Below are positions 26,058-39,903 of a stretch of DNA of 39,903 nucleotides, in pieces (within the stretch, counting starts at the first letter, position 1; each line of letters starts with the position of its first letter). Made by a program: the position numbers and the translations under genes. This DNA comes from Piromyces finnis finn (lineage: Eukaryota; Fungi; Neocallimastigomycota): the NCBI GenBank assembly GCA_002104945.1, contig MCFH01000115.1, positions 1 through 39,903 of the forward strand, in the 5' to 3' direction. The notes under the pieces are model-generated. The model made no database searches and was not told the DNA's origin. It worked only from the letters and a program-made list of their open reading frames with translations.

Positions 26058-29000
26058 TATATATATCAAAATACATTAATATAAGATATAGGAAATAATT
26101 TTTGATTTTAATTAAAATTAGAAAATTAGTTTTAAGTAATTACCATTATTTTTTTCTTGTTCATTTTCACTTGATATCTGAAATTCCTTTTCCTTATATA
26201 TATATTTAAATTATTATTACATAATTAATATAAATTTCCTGTTAATTAATAATAAGCAATAATATTTAAAATATCCAATTTACTTGTTTTTTTTTAAAAT
26301 CATCTTCTGAAACTCTTTTTGTCACTATTTCTTCAATAATCTATTTAATTAATAATCATAATATGATAATTAATATATAAGTTATTTTTTTTTTTTTTTT
26401 TTTCAAGTGTAATTATAATTTCATATGAATACCTTATCTATAACATATGATGAATTTTCAAAGTTATATATTTCATGTGTGAAACTTTCGATTAATTTCT
26501 CCCATTGTTGATAATCAACTTCAGTTTTAAGAGTAAAAGCGTTACATGGTTCATTGTTTTCTTCTTCTTGTTGATTATTTGGTGATGCTTTTTTATTTGG
26601 TATATTTTTAAACATTCCTGATAACAATTTTTTCTTTGAGGATGAGTGTTGTAGAATTAAAATTTGGAAATTCTAATAATAATTAATTGTAAATTAAATA
26701 GTATTAATATAATTATTATTCAATCTTTTATTATTTTATTATTTAACTTTTTAATATTTATATTACCGGTGGAAGATTATATATTAAATCAATATAGTTT
26801 TTTAATATTAAATATCTTTTCCAGCATGTCGTTTTTTTTGATAATAGTTTTATATACTTTTTATCAGGTTCATCCTTTTCTTTGAATTTAGATACAATAT
26901 AATAGACTTGAGAATCTTGTGGGGTATTTTCTATTAATATTTTTTTCATAGTTTTTTGCATTTCACAGCTTTGGAAAAGTGATAAATTTCTATAAATTAT
27001 ATAATCAAAAAACATATATATATATATTAATAAATTATTAACATATTAAGGAAACAAAATAATAAATACTTATTTATATTTAAAATATTTATAAAAGCTA
27101 GATATTACATAAATTTTAAAACTGAAGAGTTTTCAATATTATCATAATATAAATTAAAGAGTTCTTCTGAAGCTTTTCTCAAAATATCATACTCTTGTTC
27201 ATTAATACAATAATTTATAATATCATTATAAATCTTTATTAATAATTTAGGATTAATATCGTTAATTTCATTAATATTCCTATAATTTATATTTTCAAAA
27301 CTGCAATCATTATTTATAAATGGAATCATTATACTTCCTCTTTTATGAGAAAGTATTTTTGAATCCTTACTGAAGCGCCTTTTTTCTTTTGAAGTAATTG
27401 AAGGTAATGTTGTCTTTCTTGAATTTACATAAATTGAAAAACAGTTACTACAATTGTATAAAAATATCGATGTTTTATAATCTTGATTTATATATAATTT
27501 GTAATATTTCAATATATCATTTATAATATTATTATTTAATATTTTCCATTTTTTATTAATATTTTTATCAGTATCTGTGGTTAATAAATAATTATTTATA
27601 GTATTGTCATTAAGAATATAATTATTATCAATTATTGGATCAATATAGTTATATATTTTACGATATATTTTTGTTTTTATTTCAATAATCTTCATTTGTA
27701 AAACCTTATTTAACAATATATAATCTATTGAATTATTACTATAAATATCAAGGAGGTTATTCATAGTTATTTCAGCTTTATTAATGTAAAATATACTTTT
27801 TAAAAATGATTCTTTTGGATTTTTCATATTATATTTGATATAATATAAAAATATATAAGCATGAGTAATATAACATCTAATTAATGCTAAATAATCTTCT
27901 TGATTTTTAAATATCAATTCAGCATTTTCTATATATGTATATATTTCATCAAATAATTCATCAGTTTTTATTTCATCAATAACTCTAATGTATGTAAGAA
28001 CAGCATAATAAAGTAAATAACCGTTAGAATATTGATCTGAACTACGTTTACTATTAGTATTATTAAGAAAATTTTGTATTTCTATTTTTGTATCACCCTC
28101 TAAAAATTTAAATAATTTATTTTTTCTTATTATACACCATAATATTAAAACAACTGACTTCATTTTTTCTATTGTTGAACAATTTAATGAAAGTATTTTT
28201 CTTGAAGTTGATATGCATTCATCGTAGTTTTTAGTAAGGTAATATTGACTCAGACAATTATAATAATGATATTTAGATTTAAATTTCGCATTAAAACTAT
28301 TGTGAACAACTACGTTTTTAAGTATATAATGAATTTCCCATATATCTTTATTTAATAATACATAAATATTTGCTATTTCGAGATAAATGGCTCTTATATC
28401 GAATGGAATATCATTATATACACTTAACGTTTCAACACTTCTTTTATATCCTATATTGTTAATTAAATTAAAATCAACGTTAGTTAATTCTTCTTTGAAA
28501 AGAAGATAATTGTTAGCATATATATCATCAAAATTTAATTTTTCTCCAAAAAAGGAATATATTGAATATATAATACATAATGATTTCGTTTTATCTGTCC
28601 CATTTAACCAATATGTAGTAAGATAGTATGAAAACCATAAAAATGGAATAGAATATGAAAAGCAATCAATTTTAATAGATTCCAAAATAATATTTATACA
28701 TGCTGCAACTAAATATATACCATTATTTATGTTTTTTATGCATAGTACATCTTGGTCTCCTTCATATGTAAAGATATAGTCTACAATTGCACTTGGCCAT
28801 AAGAAATTTAGCCATTCTTTTTCACTTGAAGGAAATGATCCACATTTTTCAGAAAATGAAGAATAAAACTTTGCTTTATCTTTATCTTTTTCTTTATCTT
28901 TATTATTATCATTATCTTTCTCTTTAACTTTTATGTTTTTTTTTCTCTTTTCTTTATTTTTTTCCTCATATTCATTGTCTTTACTTTTATTAGATTCCTT

Positions 29001-32000
29001 ATTATTATTTTTACTTTTGTCATTTATTTTTGAATTCATTTGATAATAATTGATACAACCTTTATTTAAAAACTCATTAAATGTTTTTTTTGCAGCAAAT
29101 TTTATATAATATCCACAACATTTAATCATATTAATTATTTTCCTTTTTGAATTTTGAACTAAAATTCTAATACAATACATTTTAATTATTAATTCTAATT
29201 GCTCTATTGAACATGATAATATAAAATCTTCATTTAAATCATTTTTTAATTCTTTGTTTTCGAAAATATTATTAAGAAGAATTGATACTGAAGCTAATAC
29301 ACTATTTATTTCATTATCATCATAATTATTTTTGTACATCCAATCTGCATATGATATCATTTTCTCCGCCTTTTTTAGAGGATTTTCCGATAAATTAATG
29401 CTATTTTGAATAGCTAGGTAGCATTTATGATTTCCATAATTTTCCATAGTACTAAATAAAAACCATAAATTTGATTGTTTTACATTTTCTAATTCATGTA
29501 TTGCTCCTGAAACTAACCCATTTTCATTATTGTAATAATATTTTAATCTTAATTCTAATATTTCTTTATGAAATTGTGTTGGAAAACTTCGAAAGGCTTT
29601 TTCTATTAAGGCTTTTGAATTTTCATTTAATTTATTATATTTTGAAATATTATAAAGTGTTTCAATAATTTTCACAAAAATTGGAATCAATTCTGTAGGA
29701 AAATGAATAAATACATTTTTACACTCGATTTTGTGACTATTAATATTATTAATTTCTTCTACTATTATTTCTATGTATTTTTGGAGAGTAATATATACTT
29801 CTTTATATTTTATTAGCTCTATAATGCTATTCCATATTCTAAAAAATACTTCTTTAAACAATGGTGATATTAAATTTTCCAAATACCTTATATTAATTAA
29901 AGCATAAATACAATATTTTAAGGAATCCATATACATAATAATTTTTTTTTCATAAAATATTTGATTTTCTATCATTTTTGTAATAAGATCACTATATTGT
30001 AATAAAGCTCTAATTGTCCAATATTTACATAAATTATTATCAATATTATTTTTGACATTAATATCGTCTTCAAAAATACATGTATAATGACTAAAACAAT
30101 TATTTATGCAAAAGAAAGCAATATTATAATTATTAATATTAATAGAAGATTGGACAATTAATAACCATAGTTCAACTAAAGTTGCTTCATCTTTAATAAC
30201 TAATTTTTGAGCTGAATTGACAAGTTTTTTTAAAAAAGTATTTACTTTTTCTTTACTGTAATTTGATTTTAAAATATTATCTATTTTAAGTAATTCAATT
30301 AAAGTGCATACAGTATTTTCCAAATTTGTTTCAATAATATTAATTGTTTGACCTTCGATATTTTGGATTTTGCCCCATATTTCATAGAATGACATTTTTG
30401 TTTTAATGCTACATTCATTAGATGTATTATTAAGATTCGCATTTTTAAAAACCTCGTTTGCTACATGAAGACATTCTTGCATTTCAAGCAACGATTTTCC
30501 TTTTAATATTTTTAAAATTGATTCATTATTTTTTAATCTTTTTTTAAGATTTAAATTATCATCATTTAAATTTTCAGTTGTTATAGATTCTATTCTTGAA
30601 TATATTGCTTCATATAATACGATTGATAATTGATAAAATAATTCACAATCTTTTTTATTATAACTATTAAAATATTTATATATTCTATATATATATCCAA
30701 CCCATTTTTCATAGTTAAAACGTTTAGGATATGTATCTTCTATAACAGATTGGGTTATAATGTATTTCAAAAACCATATTGTAACATTATAAATATGCCT
30801 GTAAAAATGTATTTAATTTATTTAAATAAAATATTGATTTATTAATCATTATTAATTGTAAATTAATACATATAGTAAATAGCTAATAGCATAATTAAAT
30901 ATGTAATATTTACCATTGAGAATTAGTTAAAATAGCTAATTCTAATATTGAAACAATTTCATGGAAAAACCCCAAATTTTCTAAATTTAAAGATCCTGTA
31001 GCTGAGTAAAAAGTATCATTTTCATTAAAATATATTTTATCAAGGAAATCAGATTTTTGCCTTTCTGTTATACCATTTCCATACACATTAAGGATTTCAC
31101 AAATTTCATTGTAATTATTTGGTTTTTCGATTTCTTGATTCTTTTTTTGGTTTTTTTTTTCATTTTTTGCTGTTTCTTCTGTGCCACTATTTTCATTTTC
31201 CATATAAATTTCCTCTATTTCTGTTTTAATTATATTAGGATTTAATAATAAATAAATTATAGTATTGGTATTAATACTATTTTTTTTAAATCTAGAATAA
31301 TTTTTGTTTTCAGTTTTTTTTATTAAAATATCATTTTTTATATTTAATAATGCTTCTAATCTTTTTATTAATGCTTCACATATAATTGCCTTGAAATAAA
31401 ATTCATGTTCAGGGAATTTTGAATAGTTATGGCAAATAATATATGATGAAATTTCATATATTAATTCCCAAAATTTTATTTTATAACAAATATGCATTAA
31501 TTGCTTTAAAACTTCGATGAAAAATTTTAATTGACTAATATTATCATTTTCTAATTCAAAATCAATATCAAATTTTTGATCCATTAATGGAAAAATAGAA
31601 GTAATGATATGATTTTCATGCTTTGGAATCAATATTTTCAATATTTTATATAATGATCCTTTCAATTCATCAATATTCTTATTTTTTATATCTAATTGGT
31701 TAAGCATTGCTAGAGCCTCTTCTATTTTTGAAAATATTGTATTTTCCATACTTGATGCCTTTAACTTTAATTCAATATTTTTATATTCAAATGACTCTTC
31801 AATTTTCTTTTTATCAAAACAATATTTATATGCGTTTTTAATGTAATGCTTTGCATCTGTTATATTTGATATTTCATCATTATATTTTGCCAATTCTTTG
31901 CATATAACAGATGTAAGGGAATATAATGGACTATTTATTTGAATTAAAATATCATAGCATCTTTTAAGAAATGGATGGAAATATTGTTTATATTGAGGTT

Positions 32001-33822
32001 GTAATAATGGTATTCCATATTCCCATACTTTAATAATACATTCCTGAATAATATTTGGAAAATCTCTTGATTTAAAATAATAATTTATCATTTTAATGAG
32101 TTTATTAAGAAAATCTAATCGTATTCTAATAGCTTTTTCACTTAATATATTTTCAATTTTAACAATATTGATATTAAATATAAATTCAGCTAGTAGTAAT
32201 TGATATTTTGCATATTGACTAAAATTTAATTGCTTAATTTTTGATATATTTATAATGGTTTTTTCTGCTATTTTTAACTCTTTAATTTTTAAAGATAATT
32301 GACAAAATTCAATTAATAGTGTTGCTTCATCCCATCCATTATATACTAATTGATTATTATTATTATTATTATTATCTATATTTTTGATAGAATTATATAA
32401 ATTATTTAAACTTCTACAACTATTATTATTAAGTTTATTTTCACTTTCTGAAAGAGGCATTGAATTATTATTTACAATTATATTATTAATCTGTTTATCA
32501 ATGTCAACTAACTTTTCACTTGATATATTGTTTGAAAAATTTAGATTTTGAATCATTGTATAAATAGCTTTTATTTTTAATTTTATATCGTTACTATTAA
32601 TTTTCATTAGAGCATTTAGTTGATCAGATTTTTCTTCTTTTAAAATATAGATGTAAAATTTATATAATTCTAAGAATTTTTCTTGAGAATGTTGTAATGA
32701 CATATTAATAGCCTTTTCAATATTTTTTATTGAATCTTCAACAAAATTTTGTGAAATTTGAGTTGTTTTTTTTAAAAGTGATAAAATAATTTCATATAGT
32801 TCTGGATGTAGTGTAACAATACCATAAAATATTGATTTTTCATTATTTTTATTATTTAAATTTATATTTGAAGATGCTGATTGATTTTGACTTTGAGTTT
32901 TGCCTGCTTTAATAGTATTTCTAACATTGTTTACTATATTTTTAAGACTTTTATTTATATTTGTATTTATGGAAATATTGTTTTTACTTGCTATTGATAT
33001 TGCTTTTATGTATTTAATATCCTTTGAGATTGTTGATGAGATATATAATGCTTTTGATAGTTTAAAATATAAAAATATGTCCCATTCATAATTACTAATA
33101 TTTGCTTTTTCAACAAGGTTACATATTATGAAAATATATGATACAAAAACTTTCGAAAAACTATAATGTAATATAAACCAAGGCTCAATAATGCACCACA
33201 TAGCTTGACTACATTTATATAACATATCAAACCAATGATTTTTATAAGAAAGTTCTGCCGCTTTAAGTATATTATCTAATCCAAATATAATATCTTTTAT
33301 TTTTATAACATCTTTGAATTCGGGTAGTGGATTATCATTTTTGTTAAAATTTGTTTTTGTTATATATAGAGCTTTAACAAATAAAAAATAAAAATAAAAC
33401 GTAAGTTGGTTGTTTCTAAAATGAAATATATAATATATATTTTATACCTGAATATATAAGACCTTCACAAAAATATATATTTTCTTTATTATCATTTATG
33501 TAAATAAATTGCTTTAAACTATATAAAATATAAAATATTTAGTTATTAATTCACATAATTAAAATTAAATATGTTGATATTTTAATAATAATAATAATAT
33601 TTTTCTATTGTACCTTTTTTCAAGAATTTTCCATTTTTTTGTATATAGGGAATGCTTACATAAATTTATAAGTATTTTTTGTAAATTCTCGTTATTTTTT
33701 TGGTCTTTAGAATTAAAATTAAGAACAATTGATATACACCATTCTAATTGATTATTATTAAGTTTTCCAAGTGGTTTATTTAATACATTTATTAAATCAA
33801 CATAATTTTCAACTGCCAGCAT
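24306..33822 (-). CDS. CFAP46: Cilia- and flagella-associated protein 46-like (CFAP46/TTC40), very large multi-exon gene
   Basis: Joins ORFs 33565-33822, 30910-33225, 27105-30770, 26758-27015, 26421-26627, 25445-25870, 25027-25431 and 24855-25037 plus small exons. Segments resemble CFAP46 as I recall it: IIQECIIKVWEYGIPLLQ...LYSLTSVICKELAKY, LPP|NFQILILQHS, LSLQGINNI, and C-terminal LYGIP. A profile search is needed to confirm. Confidence 0.75.
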
Positions 33823-34580
33823 TTTTATGAAAAGTGGTATAAAAAATATTTTAATATTTTAATGAAAATATAAATTATAATTATTAATTAGTTTCATAAT
33901 CTCCAACTTAATACTTGTTTAGTATCAAACTTTAATCTTTATTGCTATTATATATTAAAAAATAAAATTTTTTTATAAATGAAATTATTAATTAAAAAAT
34001 TAAAATAATTATTATTATTGAATAATTGTTTGTTAAAATTTCAAAATTAATAGATATAATAATAATTAATATAAAAAAAAAATGGTATAAATGTTATTAT
34101 ATTAATGTTTTTATTATTATTTTATTCTAACAAACTTAGTTTATTTATTTTTTAAAATGGAGAAGTTAAAGTTTAATAATAAACAAAAATATAATATTAG
34201 TAAAATTATTTTTGATTATATATCATATTCAAAATAGCGGAGTTTATTCTAGGGTCTATTGTCTTTAATAATTAATATAAATCTCCAATTATTACTGTTT
34301 AAAACTTATTACATATTCCCAAGAAAAAAACAACAACAAAAATAGATAATATAAATAAGTTTAACATCAATAATTATAATTTCGTTTATAAATTATAGCA
34401 TAAATAAATATATATATTTATTTAAAGTTTCAAATTTCTGTATTTTATTTTTATTATTTATGTTATTTTATTAGTGCTGTATACTTAAATATTTATTATT
34501 TGAAAGAAATTTTAATATTTTTTCTATATATTTATCTTATTTTTATAAAGAATATAAAGAAATTTATAAGTTTTGAGGAT

Positions 34581-39903
<5,323 letters not shown>

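Noticed and set aside
29471-33091. Short plus-strand ORFs within the CFAP46-like gene (29471, 31057, 32900)
   Set aside because: Short antisense shadows of long exons with no recognisable motifs.

Overview
Extremely AT-rich, intron-dense eukaryotic genomic DNA with many microsatellites. The base composition and the presence of flagellar genes suggest an anaerobic gut fungus (Neocallimastigomycota); this is inference, not a database result. I reconstructed 11 spliced protein-coding genes by hand: a kinesin (5' part only), a WBP4-like U1-type zinc-finger protein, a myristoylated NCS/frequenin-like EF-hand protein, a Ydj1-type DnaJ, DNAAF5/HEATR2, an Slt2-type TEY MAP kinase, an ER thioredoxin-fold PDIA6/Mpd1-like protein, an SPFH protein, ribosomal protein P2, a very large CFAP46-like gene, and a poly-Asn IQ-DH-PH protein that runs off the 3' end. 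I found no RNA gene, CRISPR array or recognisable transposon, and no convincing novel multi-gene system. The most unusual signals are: (1) unusual splicing architecture, with two start codons split AT|G by an intron, frequent AAG acceptors, and A-rich tracts where a polypyrimidine tract is expected; (2) proteins with eroded catalytic motifs (a PDI without CXXC, a DH domain without CR3); (3) a bacterial-type SPFH protein; (4) a two-base frame break inside a poly-Asn tract. Exon boundaries are manual and need RNA-seq confirmation.
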